Positions 29,742 to 41,140 of a stretch of DNA of 64,000 bases are shown piece after piece. Source of the DNA: a virus; IMG/VR virus record IMGVR_UViG_3300035698_012088, positions 95,413 to 159,412 of that record. One strand, written 5' to 3'. Both the position numbers and the translations under genes were made by a program. Under the pieces are notes generated by a model, which was given only the letters and a program-made list of their open reading frames with translations, was not told the origin of the DNA and made no database searches. Positions within the stretch are counted from its first letter, which is position 1; every line of letters begins with the position of its first letter.

Positions 29742-30036
29742 CAGTGTGAAAACACTGTTTCACGGGATAAATAGATCCAGAACTGTATCTCTTGGAAAGT
29801 GGCTACAAGCCGATGTAAAAGAGGTAACAGATGGGTCTAAGAACTCTACTTATATTTCTGGATGGCACATGCTCCCTACTCATAAGGAGTGTGTTGCCTA
29901 CCTGGAGAAGTTCAGACATAAAGACAATAAAGTAATTGTAAAGTGTAGGACCAAGGGAAAGACTTGGCCTAAGACACAAAGCAGAGCTAATGTGATCCTA
30001 AGTGAATGGATCTATTTGGAGGCAATTGTATAGCTC

Positions 30037-30338
30037 ATGAGTAACGTTCAGTTGGGAACCGCTGTAATAGCGGGAATAGTATATATATATTGGGAGTAAT
30101 AGGACACACAATTCAATTTATGCATGAACAAGAACCTATACATGGATATTTCAAAAGAAAGATAAAATCTAAATTAGATGTTATATACAGATTACTCTCT
30201 TCTATACTGTGGCCTTTATTCCAACTGTTCTGCCTCCTCATGTGGATGACTTCTAGAGCTAGAAAGTTATTTTCTAGTTTCTGGAAGTTACCTTTGACTC
30301 ATGATCACGACCTATCAGATGTAACGGAGGAACTATGA
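30037..30338 (+). pseudogene. Membrane protein gene frameshifted at a (TA)n tract
   Basis: ATG 30037 frame reads MSNVQLGTAVIAGIVYI then stops; removing one AT from 30080-30090 joins it to LGVIGHT... Confidence 0.6.
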
Positions 30339-30661
30339 AACCAGAAGCAACAGAAGTCTTAAGGGCAATTTTCATAGCAGCAGGAGGTATAGCATATATC
30401 CCCATACTTTATGCTACATACATTTATCACAGAGATGAATCCCATATCTTTAATCTCTTTGAAGAAGATGAAAACTTTCCCTATCCTTGTAGCAGGGTAG
30501 AACTTCTACTTCTCTATATAGGAATAGGTTTCTGGCCTATAACTTATATTGTAGGATTATCTATAATGGGAACTGAGGTACTTAAAAAGAAACTTAAATC
30601 TTTTAGAAAACTCCCTATGCATAGAGACAGAGATCTAGAGAAAATTGCAAAGGCCTTATAA
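30335..30661 (+). CDS. Small membrane protein (WP-motif family)
   Basis: Two hydrophobic segments and FWPIT. Confidence 0.6.
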   Translation: MKPEATEVLRAIFIAAGGIAYIPILYATYIYHRDESHIFNLFEEDENFPYPCSRVELLLLYIGIGFWPITYIVGLSIMGTEVLKKKLKSFRKLPMHRDRDLEKIAKAL

Positions 30662-30705
30662 CGAAACTATTTATAAAGTTAATGTAAAATGTAAAAGGAA
30701 GAAAA

Positions 30706-30993
30706 ATGATTTGGATTATGGCTACCATGGATATCTTTTGGCCAGTTTGTTTAGCAATATATGCAATTGGAGAATTCCTTCTCCTTTGGCATTTTCTAGG
30801 AGATAAAAACTTATCCTGGGATACTAAAGAAGAGATGATGTGGGATTTAGCTACAAGAATAATTTGGCCTATCACCTTAGGAGGGTGGGCAATACATGAC
30901 TGGACAGCCTCATTACACAAGAGAGTATGGGAGTTTAAGCAGACACCTTGGAAGAGTATGAGAGATGCAAAAATCGTAGCAGAAAACCTGTAG
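30706..30993 (+). CDS. Small membrane protein (WP-motif family)
   Basis: Two hydrophobic segments and IWPIT. Confidence 0.6.
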   Translation: MIWIMATMDIFWPVCLAIYAIGEFLLLWHFLGDKNLSWDTKEEMMWDLATRIIWPITLGGWAIHDWTASLHKRVWEFKQTPWKSMRDAKIVAENL

Positions 30994-31937
30994 GAAATAA
31001 CATGACTAAAGAAGAAGCAGAGAAGAACCTTAGATCTCAGTTGAATATGGGATCCTATACAGTGGAAGACGCCTCTGTCTTTACAGAGGGATACATAGCA
31101 GCACTATATGATGCAGAGACTATCACTTGGGAAATACAACAGTATCTCTTGGATACCTTTGGGATATGACTCCAGAAGAAGAATCCCCCTTCCCTTACTC
31201 TGATGACCCTAGCAGAGATTCTTATAAGGGTAAGAAGAAGATAAAAATTACTTCTTACCTAAACCCTAAAGACGATATGGGAGTAGAAGAATACTTAAAT
31301 ATGCTTAACAAAGCCATTGCCTTGGCAGAAGAATCCGGTCTTACAGAGTTAACAATGAGCTGGTGCGGTGAAGATTACAATATAGAACACTCTATAGTTG
31401 GAGTTAGAGAAGAGACTGATGAAGAACAAGCTAAGAGACTTGAGCACACTAAGAGGTATTGGAAGAACAAGTATAAAGGCTATGTGAGAGACACTGCTTT
31501 TTTTGAATCACCTAGAGGGCAGCAGACCATAGCAGCAGTAGTAGCAGAGGAGCTTTAATGGTAACACAAGAAGAGTTGATGGAAATTCTTAAGAAGAGTA
31601 TGAATAAGGAAATAACTAAATTACTTAAAGATACGGATAAGTATATGAGGAAACATGCTAAACAGGGATGCAATTGTACTACCTGGACTTTGGCAAGGGA
31701 TAATATTGTTATGCCTTTTGTAGAGGCCCTTAGACAGACTTACCCAGATCTTGATATTACTATTGGTAAAACACGCCACACATCTGACTGGACAAGACCA
31801 CCCCAATATACTGTAACAATAAGGTGGGCCGAAAAATCTCACATTCTCACCACTGCACAAGCGATGAGGTATGCTGAGAAGGCCACAGCAGCAGCTTTAG
31901 CAGAAGCAGAAGAAGACAAAAAGAAAGAGGACAAGAC

Positions 31938-32303
31938 ATGAAAATAGCAGTTGACATGGATGGCACTTGTGTTAACCATATATTTCCTGAAATGGGGGAG
32001 GATGTACCTCATGCAGCGGAAGTTATGAAGGAATTAGTAGAGGCAGGACATAAGCTTATCTTATATACAATGAGGTCTGGAAAGGAACTAGATGCAGCGG
32101 TGCAGTGGTTCGCAGATAAAGACATTCCTCTATATTCAGTGCAAAAGGACAAGGGCCAGCTTGCCTGGACTAAGAGTAACAAATGCTATGCTAATAAATA
32201 CGTAGATGATAGCGGAATCGGTTGCCCCCTCATAAAAGTAGAAGGATGGGATAGACCCTGTGTAGATTGGGAGGCAGTAAGAGCTGTTCTTCTCAATGAA
32301 TGA
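31938..32303 (+). CDS. HAD-superfamily hydrolase-like protein
   Basis: IAVDMDGT, LILYTMR and YVDD. Confidence 0.75.
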   Translation: MKIAVDMDGTCVNHIFPEMGEDVPHAAEVMKELVEAGHKLILYTMRSGKELDAAVQWFADKDIPLYSVQKDKGQLAWTKSNKCYANKYVDDSGIGCPLIKVEGWDRPCVDWEAVRAVLLNE

Positions 32304-33165
32304 GGGAGAGGAAAGGGTTTACTCTGAAATAATACAGGCAGTGGACGACATGGTCGCCTTGGTCGAGCCAGAGGACTATGTAAACATGAAGGAAATACAG
32401 AATAAGATCTATTATCTAGTAGGTTGCAGCCTGGGGACTACGGCAAACCTTGATATTAAAATAGACGAGCTTAGAGAGAAGTTAAATGCATTTCTAGAGA
32501 TAACTGTAGAGAAGGGAATATCAGATGATGACGAATAAGGGATATGCTTTGTTAACTCTTAAAGAGGCATCAGATATACTACATGCTATTATAGATCACA
32601 ACTGTAAAGCATTCCCTATAAAAGAATTGGATCAGCTTTTAGATGTAGAACATGCTATGGGAATGGCCCAAAGGCAGATAGATTCATTGACAGTAGATAT
32701 TCAGAAATTATCTGAAACCTTACAAGACTTTATAGATGTCAGAGACTAAAATCTATGCGGAGGTGTAGTGGTAGAAGTAAAACAGCTAGAAACAGCAGTG
32801 AATGGGTATACATATCAGATAGAGCCCCTGTTGTTACACTTGGCTATTAATGGAAAAGTGTATGAAGAAAAAGATATAGATCTCTTAGCTAAAGAAATAG
32901 CAGGAGCGTTCTCAAAATTAGATGAGGAAGTAGGATGTCTTCAAGTGACTCTTAACCAAAAAATAGTAGGGCAAGAGGGTACATATCAAATGAAGATGAG
33001 TGGGAATTATGGGGAAAGAAGTGTCCCTGTATCCCCTAGAGGAGTCCAGAATATATGGAAGTATCTATATGGATTAACCCAAATAGAGGACCCCTCTGGA
33101 GTAGTTAAATTTAATGATGGATTAGACCATCAGCAATTACACTTCGATATAACTTTGGAGAGTAT

Positions 33166-33498
33166 ATGAATAAAGCAGTTAAGCATCCAGAACATTACAA
33201 TGAACACCCAAGTATAGAATGTATAGACGTAGCCGAGATCTTTAACTTTAATCTAGGTAATACTGTGAAGTATGTCTGGAGGGCAAGGTTTAAAGGTAAG
33301 AGACTGGAAGACCTTAAGAAGGCCCAGTGGTACTTAAATAGAGAAATAGAGAATATGGAAGCGACCACTAAGTTAAAATGGCAAAGGGTGCAAGATGAGC
33401 AGGACAAAGAGAAAACTACCTCGGAACTATCACAGACATCCCAAGGGCAGAAAGCAGGCCTTGATCCAAGGAGTGAGATCAGGTGCAATACCCCCTAA
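33166..33498 (+). CDS. DUF3310-like protein
   Basis: VKHPEHY...IECID...FNLGNTVKYVWRA..K...EDLKKAQWYL. Confidence 0.8.
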   Translation: MNKAVKHPEHYNEHPSIECIDVAEIFNFNLGNTVKYVWRARFKGKRLEDLKKAQWYLNREIENMEATTKLKWQRVQDEQDKEKTTSELSQTSQGQKAGLDPRSEIRCNTP

Positions 33499-33710
33499 TC
33501 CATATGATGACAAATCCCATAGCAATGAGGTGATATTTGTATATAGTCTAATTGATAGATTAATTAGGAAAGGCTTAACCGATGATGATATAGTACATAA
33601 AATAAATAGAAAGCTAGGCATACCTATGGATAGAGTAGTACAACTAATTATTGATAAGGCAGATATAGCAACCCAAGTAGAAGCAAGAATGAAAGATTGG
33701 GGTTTCCCAT

Positions 33711-34418
33711 ATGAACCTGACTATTAGAAAAGCATTTATAATTGGAGACTCTCATGGGAATTCAACATACCTTGAGAATAGTATAGTGGCAGCACAGAAA
33801 TACGGAGCTGATGCTCTGATACAAGTTGGAGATTTTGGTCATTGGCCAGGACATAACTGTGACGTGACTCGAGATTTTGGATTCCCTATCTACTTTGTAG
33901 AGGGAAACCACGAGGATCATGGACACTTACAGAGCCTCCCCTCTAAGATCAATATCTTAGCTCCCAACCTAACCCACTTAGGTAAGGGAGCTATTATAAC
34001 AATACAAGAAAAGAATATCCTCTGCATTGGAGGAGCATACTCTATAGATAAAGACAATAGGACTCCTGGGTTAGATTGGTTTCCAGAAGAGGAAATGACC
34101 CATGATGAATATAAAGAGATAATGAATTTAGACATAAGAATACACGGCGTCTTATCCCATGATGCTCCTATAGCATTAAACGTAGCCAATACATTTGTAT
34201 ACCAACAAGCAACTAAAAATAGAAATAGGTTACAGAATATAACTGACCACTTTAGACCAGACTTCTGGTTCTTTGGTCACTATCACATGTTATATGAGAA
34301 ATATTGTAGGAAGACAGATACAGCCTACATAGGGCTTCCAGCTGATGTGAATAATCCTAGGCTGGGGTGTCTGTTTGACTTTAAAACTGAAGATATCGCC
34401 TTACACTTCATTGACTGA
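33711..34418 (+). CDS. Calcineurin-like metallophosphoesterase
   Basis: GDSHG, QVGDFG, EGNHE, LSHDAP and FGHYH. Confidence 0.88.
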   Translation: MNLTIRKAFIIGDSHGNSTYLENSIVAAQKYGADALIQVGDFGHWPGHNCDVTRDFGFPIYFVEGNHEDHGHLQSLPSKINILAPNLTHLGKGAIITIQEKNILCIGGAYSIDKDNRTPGLDWFPEEEMTHDEYKEIMNLDIRIHGVLSHDAPIALNVANTFVYQQATKNRNRLQNITDHFRPDFWFFGHYHMLYEKYCRKTDTAYIGLPADVNNPRLGCLFDFKTEDIALHFID

Positions 34419-34917
34419 AAAAAGACAACAAGGAAACTAAAGATGGCACGATTCACAGGAACCGGACAGAAGACAGTAAAGAGAACCAGCAAGCAATTCA
34501 CATTTGAGTATACCCGCCCAGAGGACCTGAGGCGTGAAGGCCGAACCCTTGCCCTTACCGTAGCAGGAAAGCGTGGTGGAAGCACAATGGTCTTGAATGG
34601 ACACGCACTCCGAAGCCTCAAGGCAGTTATGCTGGAAGCTGGAGAAATTTCCTAAGTAGGTTCTCCTGTGCCTATACCCCTTAAGGGGTATAGGCAACAC
34701 CCTAAACAGGAGGAATTAATGTTTCACCTACATGAGACAGCAGAGGAGTGGATTTTAGACCACTCAGAACTCGATGAGCTTATCAGAGAGAGATTCAATA
34801 TACCAGAGGACTGTAATATCAAATATGATATGCAAGACGGTAAAATTGAAGTTACAGCTTGGAGAGCAAACTCTTCTGGTGAGCATATCCGAATAAATCC
34901 AAAGGACATAGACACAA

Positions 34918-35754
34918 ATGACTATGAAGGAACTGATACAGAAGATATACCCAGTTGATATAACAGGATATGGTCTGAATATGACCGGAGCTAGATATTG
35001 GCTCTCTAAAGGTAGATATAATTATGCAACAAGGGTTTTTACACATTCCTCTACAAAAGAGGATCATGAACTATTAGCCTGGGCCTCTGGGGGAGGGTAT
35101 GCATATGGAGCATTTAAGTACAAAAGTAAAAGGCAGTGTGGAGCATTTTTTGTAAATGTAGACCCAAATGCCTTAGCCCTACTATTCAATGGAAAAACTG
35201 GAGCTAGTCTTCCTGTTCAGGTAGTACAGCAAGATATAGCTGAATTCGAAAAGGCTTTAGCTAATATGGAATTTGATGAAATGTCATTTTCAGAGGATGC
35301 TAAGGATACTTTGCAGATCAAATCAAGTAGTTATGTAGACACATTACCTGTAGTAGCTACCTTTATTGTATCTTATAAGGACGAGAAGAGGAGAACTTTT
35401 GGTCGCTACCACTATAGAGGTAATAACCAATGGCTTACCTCTTTTAGAGCAAGACAGTATAAGAATGGCAATCTAAGGCTGGAGTTTGTTGACCTAAACA
35501 GCAACAAATCTTTTAACGGAGATCTATCACACAATCTCCAGGAAGCAGAGGCACTTCAGGTGCCATTTACAGCATACCCAGACCTAACCCGATACTTTAG
35601 AGAGATGAAGAAAATGGATGCAAGAGATTTCAGATCTCTCCTTACCAAAATAGGTACAAAGGATCACCCAGGGGGTAGTATATATGCAGAGGGATGGGAT
35701 CAAGAAAAGCTCCTAGAAAAGATCGACCTACAAATAATGATGGGAGAATTATGA
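34918..35754 (+). CDS. Hypothetical protein
   Basis: 278-aa ORF. Confidence 0.55.
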   Translation: MTMKELIQKIYPVDITGYGLNMTGARYWLSKGRYNYATRVFTHSSTKEDHELLAWASGGGYAYGAFKYKSKRQCGAFFVNVDPNALALLFNGKTGASLPVQVVQQDIAEFEKALANMEFDEMSFSEDAKDTLQIKSSSYVDTLPVVATFIVSYKDEKRRTFGRYHYRGNNQWLTSFRARQYKNGNLRLEFVDLNSNKSFNGDLSHNLQEAEALQVPFTAYPDLTRYFREMKKMDARDFRSLLTKIGTKDHPGGSIYAEGWDQEKLLEKIDLQIMMGEL

Positions 35755-36439
35755 AATTACAAAGAGTGAAAGACTTAGTAGAAAAACATAATAATAAGAC
35801 AGCTACAGTAGAAGAATACAATGAGCTATATACCTTAGTAGAACTTGGTTATAATCTTTTAGCAGCCCTAGGCCCATACCATCATTTCTCCTGTTCTAAT
35901 TTGGCAGGACTGATGGGAGCCGTTGGGAGTAATAGAAGAGAGAAACAATATCTAAATAAAGCCAACAAAGTAGACGAGGAGAGAGAAAGTGCAAATCGAG
36001 ATTGAGACTCCATTTATTAGAGAAGCTATGCATTATGAAGAATTAGCTTACTTAGAGAAGACCCTTAAAGAAGTAACAGGTCAGGATATCCAGACTATGG
36101 AGATTGAACCTACACCTGTCCCTAAGCCCCCTCCACAGAATGAGGATGATCCCCAGGTTGTAGCACTGGGTCCGCAGTATGCTGCTATCTACTATCTCTC
36201 TGGAGAGAAGATTGAAGTAGACGCTATGGTAGATGAAGGGCAGATTAAACCATGCGAAGCGTATTGACTGCAAAAGCTAAAGGTCATGAGGAACTTACCA
36301 TTATTCTGGAAAGAATCCTTAACGAAGAGAATACAAAAATCATCTGTGTATCGGAGCTGCAGAAATGCATTCCAGGTTTGGCTACTTACTATCCAGAATC
36401 TTCTGCACTCTATAAGGTCTTCTATTCCAAGGAGATATA

Positions 36440-36676
36440 ATGGGTAAATGGTGGTTGAGCAAAACAAATGTGGATAAGTGTTACATATGTGGCTCATACC
36501 CCAGTGTTGGAGAGGATGGCCCATATATGTATTACTGTCCCAATTGCGGAGATAACTTTGTAGAAGAAGAAGAAATTGTAACTGCTATATGTGAATGGAA
36601 CAAGGAACAAAGAAATGGAATCAAAAGAATCAAAGATGCCTCTGATACCACAAAATTTAGATGCGGAGATCTCTGA
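36440..36676 (+). CDS. Lar-like Zn-ribbon protein
   Basis: CYICG...CPNCG...AICEWN. Confidence 0.5.
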   Translation: MGKWWLSKTNVDKCYICGSYPSVGEDGPYMYYCPNCGDNFVEEEEIVTAICEWNKEQRNGIKRIKDASDTTKFRCGDL

Positions 36677-37119
36677 GCACCGGACCTACATCAGGTTGGG
36701 ACATCACATCATAGATTGTGATACTCTCCTCCAGTTTGATATGCTCTGTATGACTAAAGAGATTAGAATGGATGATGTAATAGTCCCTACTCTCTTTGGT
36801 GGGGTTAAGATTACCCAAGAGCCAAAGACATATCATACTGTTTGGGGCCAAAAGATTGATGAATACTGTGAGGATATCTGGATTACAGACTATACAACAG
36901 AGACAGATGCTAAAATAGCTATTATGTTTCTTGTAGGCGTAGCCGATAAGTTAAATGAAGATGCTCTTGGCGTTGATGAAGAGAAGCTTAATAGAATAGG
37001 CCGTGTCTCTGTAGTGCCTGGGGTAGAAGAAGAACCTGAACCCCCAGCACCTTCCACATGTAGATGTGACTCTGTACCAGAAGAGTAGTATATTACCTAT
37101 ATAACATAGGAGTATACAT

Positions 37120-37488
37120 ATGGCCAGATTTACATCAGAATATCTAGAACTAGGTTTGCCTATCTTATCCCCCAATAAGAAAGCACCCTGGATTATTAGA
37201 CAAAGATTAGTATATGAAACAGATGTAGAGGGAGGACCTTCTACAATTGTTGTGCCTGAAGACTTCAACTCAGATCTAGGAACTATCCCTAGGTGGCTCC
37301 TCACCCTTTTCCCTAATGACTATAGGATTGCAGCAGCATGTGTTGTACATGACTATACCATCAAGGCGAGAATAGAGGACGAACCTTGGAGAGATAAGGT
37401 ATTTAAAGAAGCGCTGAAAGCAACAGGCTCTGGTAGGATAAAGAGGACATTCATGTATATGGGTGTTAGAGTAAATGATTTCTTTTAG
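37120..37488 (+). CDS. DUF1353-like protein
   Basis: IVVPEDFNSDLGTIPR, ACVVHDY, DKVFKEAL and MYMGVR. Confidence 0.75.
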   Translation: MARFTSEYLELGLPILSPNKKAPWIIRQRLVYETDVEGGPSTIVVPEDFNSDLGTIPRWLLTLFPNDYRIAAACVVHDYTIKARIEDEPWRDKVFKEALKATGSGRIKRTFMYMGVRVNDFF

Positions 37489-37739
37489 TAGGAGATAAGC
37501 GTATTGTATTTGACACTTGAAAAGGAAAAGAAATGGAAAATTGTGATTCAGACTGCATATGCCCTAAATGTAAATCCTGTATTCCAACAGGCAAGAGCAA
37601 CCCTAAGAGGAAGTTCTTCTGCCATACTTTAAATAGAACGATCAAAGGTACAGAAGAATGTGCCAGTTTTGTAGAGGCAAGTGACCCGTTCAAGAAAAGA
37701 AACCAAGACATCTTGAACAAATAGTGGTTAAGTTTATAT

Positions 37740-37771
37740 GCTCTGGGGTGAAATATCCCCAGGGCCTTTTT
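37740..37771 (+). terminator. Intrinsic terminator
   Basis: GCTCTGGGG/CCCCAGGGC followed by T5. Confidence 0.65.
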
Positions 37772-37788
37772 CATGTAAAGGAGATGTT

Positions 37789-38559
37789 GTGAAAAGAATT
37801 CTTGTAATAGGAGAGAGCTGTAGAGATAAGACAGTCTATGGCAGATGTAATAGGATATGCCCTGAGGCACCAGTTCCCGTCTTTGAGTATGACCATGAAG
37901 AGACTACAATGGGTATGTCCTTCAATGTAAAGAATAATATGAAAGCTCTAGATACAACAGCAGAGGTAGAGCTTATAACCAATTGGCAACTTTTACCCGT
38001 CAAGACTAGATATATAGATATGGTTTCAGAACAAATGGTACTTAGACTTGATGAAGACGATTCCCTTCCCCCAATGGATATTCAGAAGAAGTTGTGTGAG
38101 CAGGACCTAGGGAAGTTTGATGCTGTAGTTATCTCTGATTATGACAAAGGTCTGTTAACCTATGATGACATAGCATACATAGCTAGTGTTATAGATGTAC
38201 CCTTATTCTTAGACACAAAGAAACCACTTAAGGCCCTATACTTCAGCAGAGTAAATTTCATAAAGATAAATGAAAGGGAAGAAAAGTTAAGTATAGCAGA
38301 GGGAGCCGATTTGACTAGAGGGGAAATGAATATAATTGTAACTTTAGGAAAAGCTGGGTGCAAGCACAACGGCATCACATACCCAGTACCTGAGGTAGAA
38401 GTAAGGAATGTGTGTGGAGCAGGAGACACTTTCTTAGCTGCACTAGTAGTAAAATATCTTGAAGAAGGCGACATCACCAAAGCACTGCCTTTTGCAAATA
38501 CATGTGCAGCAGAAGTAGTTAGACATCAAGGAGTGACCGTATATGGCCACTATCACTAG
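37789..38559 (+). CDS. HldE/RfaE kinase-domain protein (PfkB family)
   Basis: ILVIGE, RICPEAPVPV, KTRY, VVISDYDKG and VCGAGDTF; GTG start after AAGGAG. Confidence 0.85.
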   Translation: MKRILVIGESCRDKTVYGRCNRICPEAPVPVFEYDHEETTMGMSFNVKNNMKALDTTAEVELITNWQLLPVKTRYIDMVSEQMVLRLDEDDSLPPMDIQKKLCEQDLGKFDAVVISDYDKGLLTYDDIAYIASVIDVPLFLDTKKPLKALYFSRVNFIKINEREEKLSIAEGADLTRGEMNIIVTLGKAGCKHNGITYPVPEVEVRNVCGAGDTFLAALVVKYLEEGDITKALPFANTCAAEVVRHQGVTVYGHYH

Positions 38560-38567
38560 GAGACAAC

Positions 38568-39707
38568 ATGCACCCAGAACTAGAAGTACAGAAATACCTT
38601 AGATCTGGGAAGACCCCCCAGGACTTAAAGAATGAATTAGATATAAGATTTGATAATAGCGGCGACCTGTGGGGTTTCACCTATACACAGACAGACTCCC
38701 CTAAGATGCACCCTATAGTCTTGGAATGTAGAGGTATCATACTCGATGAGAGACAGAACTGGAAAGTAATCTATATGCCCTTCAAGAGATTCTTCAACCA
38801 CGGAGAAGCTCAAGAGATGGCTCCGGACAAAGATGATGAGAAATACTGGACCAGAGTTAAGCTGATGCAGAAGATAGATGGAACTCTCTTAGGAGTTTGG
38901 TGGTATAAGAATAAATGGAACTTCTCCACAAGAGGTAGGATTCATGCTTTAGGGCATGTAGATAGAGACCCTAATAAATCCTTTGCAGACCTAGCTACTG
39001 AAACTATAAAAGAGAACTACCCAGACTTCTGGAACAGGCTTGATAAGGAATACACTTATACTTTTGAACTGACCTCTCCGGAGAACAGAGTGGTTGTTCC
39101 CTATAAGGAAAAGGGCCTGACTCTACTGCAGATGAGAGAAGTTAAGACTCTACAGGAAGTAGGAGTTAATCCCAATCATGCACAGGAATTGGGAGTAGCT
39201 AGCCCTGAGATATATGAGAACAAGAGCATTAATGATCTAATGAGGTTAGTAAACTCTTGGCACATGTTTGAGGAAGGGATAGTAGCAGTAGACACCTCCC
39301 AGTATTATGATGGTTATAACTTCAGCAGAGTGAAGATCAAGAATCTGAACTACTTAGCTGTAGCCCATATAAAAGAGGACTCCACTAGAGGCTTAGTTAC
39401 TCTGATGCTGAACAGCAATGAGGCTGAGTTCCTTCTCCACTACCCTGAGTACACAGAAGAGTTAGAGGGGTATAAAGAGAAGTATAGTGCATACCTGTGC
39501 ACTGTCATGAATGAGTGGGAGAAGATCAAGGATATAGAGGATAGGAAAGAGTTTGCTATGGTTGCTAAGGTAGGAACCAATCCTTCTATACTATTCTCTC
39601 TCAAAGATGGTAAATACACAGAGGCTTCAGATCACTGGGAAGATCTTATAGGTTGGAAAGGTGAGAAGATGGCTGCTAAGATCATGATGAAGTACTTAGG
39701 AATATGA
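38568..39707 (+). CDS. T4 Rnl1-like RNA ligase
   Basis: ECRGIIL, FKRFFN, QKIDGT (motif I), FELTSP, EEGIV and RVKIKN. Confidence 0.88.
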   Translation: MHPELEVQKYLRSGKTPQDLKNELDIRFDNSGDLWGFTYTQTDSPKMHPIVLECRGIILDERQNWKVIYMPFKRFFNHGEAQEMAPDKDDEKYWTRVKLMQKIDGTLLGVWWYKNKWNFSTRGRIHALGHVDRDPNKSFADLATETIKENYPDFWNRLDKEYTYTFELTSPENRVVVPYKEKGLTLLQMREVKTLQEVGVNPNHAQELGVASPEIYENKSINDLMRLVNSWHMFEEGIVAVDTSQYYDGYNFSRVKIKNLNYLAVAHIKEDSTRGLVTLMLNSNEAEFLLHYPEYTEELEGYKEKYSAYLCTVMNEWEKIKDIEDRKEFAMVAKVGTNPSILFSLKDGKYTEASDHWEDLIGWKGEKMAAKIMMKYLGI

Positions 39708-39710
39708 CAC

Positions 39711-41140
39711 ATGGCTATGAAGAAGACACACTACTATCATGGAATATGTTCTATTAGTAAATTGCAGAATCCTACATCCTGGGCAACAATGTGCGGATTA
39801 AGAGTTATAAAGAAAGAGAGTAAGAGAAAGATAACTAGAGATGAAGAGAAGGTAACATGTAAATTATGTAGATCTCTACTCTTTAGGAGGTTTGTGGATA
39901 AATTATGAATCCTAAATATACAAAGATCATGGATAAGCCTACACAGGTTGTTCATATGCGGAGCACATTTCTGACAAGAAGAGTGTGCGATCTCGCCTAT
40001 GTTATAAACCCAAGAGAAGATTTAACAAGTGATGAAGATAAGGTAACTTGTCCTAACTGCCTATATCAGATGACAAGAAGTATATTGGAGGCATTATGAG
40101 TAAAATACATAGAAGCTGGTGGAGGAGGAATGAGAAATTACGTACAAAAAGGCTATGTGATGGAATTGATGACAAATATTTTGGACATATAACTATAGAT
40201 GAAACTAAAGTTACATGTAAACACTGTGAGAGAATAATAATTAGAGTAATGGCTAACTACTTATGAAAGACCTACCAAACCCTTGGGTACACTTTATGTA
40301 CTGGCAACCCATCAAATGTTTCTGGGGAGATAGTGTGAAATTAGTATTGTTTTGTGATGCTGACTCCATGTTTCATATAAGAGACTTAAAAAGAACTGAG
40401 TGCCAGGAGGAGGTAACATGTCCAAAGTGCAAGAGCAGAATAATAGAGAAAGCTCTGGAGAATTTATAGTACATTACTTTGATATTCAACATGTGCCCTA
40501 TACCTATAATCTATATAGGTATAAATCCTTATGTGTAACAAAAGGGCACCAGTTTAACAGTGATAAACCTAACAATGTTCCACCAGAAGAGGTAACTTGT
40601 GAAGAATGTCAAAGGTTACTCTTGATGAAGACGCTAAACAACCTGTAAAAAGGGAGAGGTGAAATGGCCGAACCAGTTCTATCAGAAGAAGACAAGCAGT
40701 TTCTGGCTGCACTTTTACCTGATGGTGAAGACGATACAGTAGAGATTAAAGAGAATAAGAAACACGCTATAGAGAATATAGTTGAGAACATATCTAAAGA
40801 AGACAAAGCAAAGGCAGCTAAAGAGAAAAGGGCTAAAAATGCTAGATACAAAAGACAAGAAAAAAAAGAGACTGAAAAGTTTCTCCAAGAACTTCTCAAA
40901 GATAAAAAAGAAGAAAAAGTAGTAGAAGAGGAAGAAGTAGTACACTGGGTTAGAAAGAAGTATGACACTCCCTCTCTGATGAATGAGAGTCTGGGGCCTC
41001 TATATCTTGCCAGATGCAAAGTGTATCTCCAAGGAGATGCAGAAGGCAAAGTAATTGAACACGGTTCTACAGACACAGCTGATGTAACATGTCAGACTTG
41101 TCTAGAACTTCTAATGGAAAACATCAGGGACGCTCTATGA
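39711..41140 (+). other. Zn-finger paralog array, block 1 (6 genes: 39711-39908, 39905-40099, 40096-40266, 40263-40469, ~40466-40648, 40664-41140)
   Basis: Each has an N-terminal [VIT]H, a central C, VTCxxC and a terminal helix ending in L. 40096-40266 (MSKIH...KVTCKHC...ANYL) was read directly from the DNA. Confidence 0.85.
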
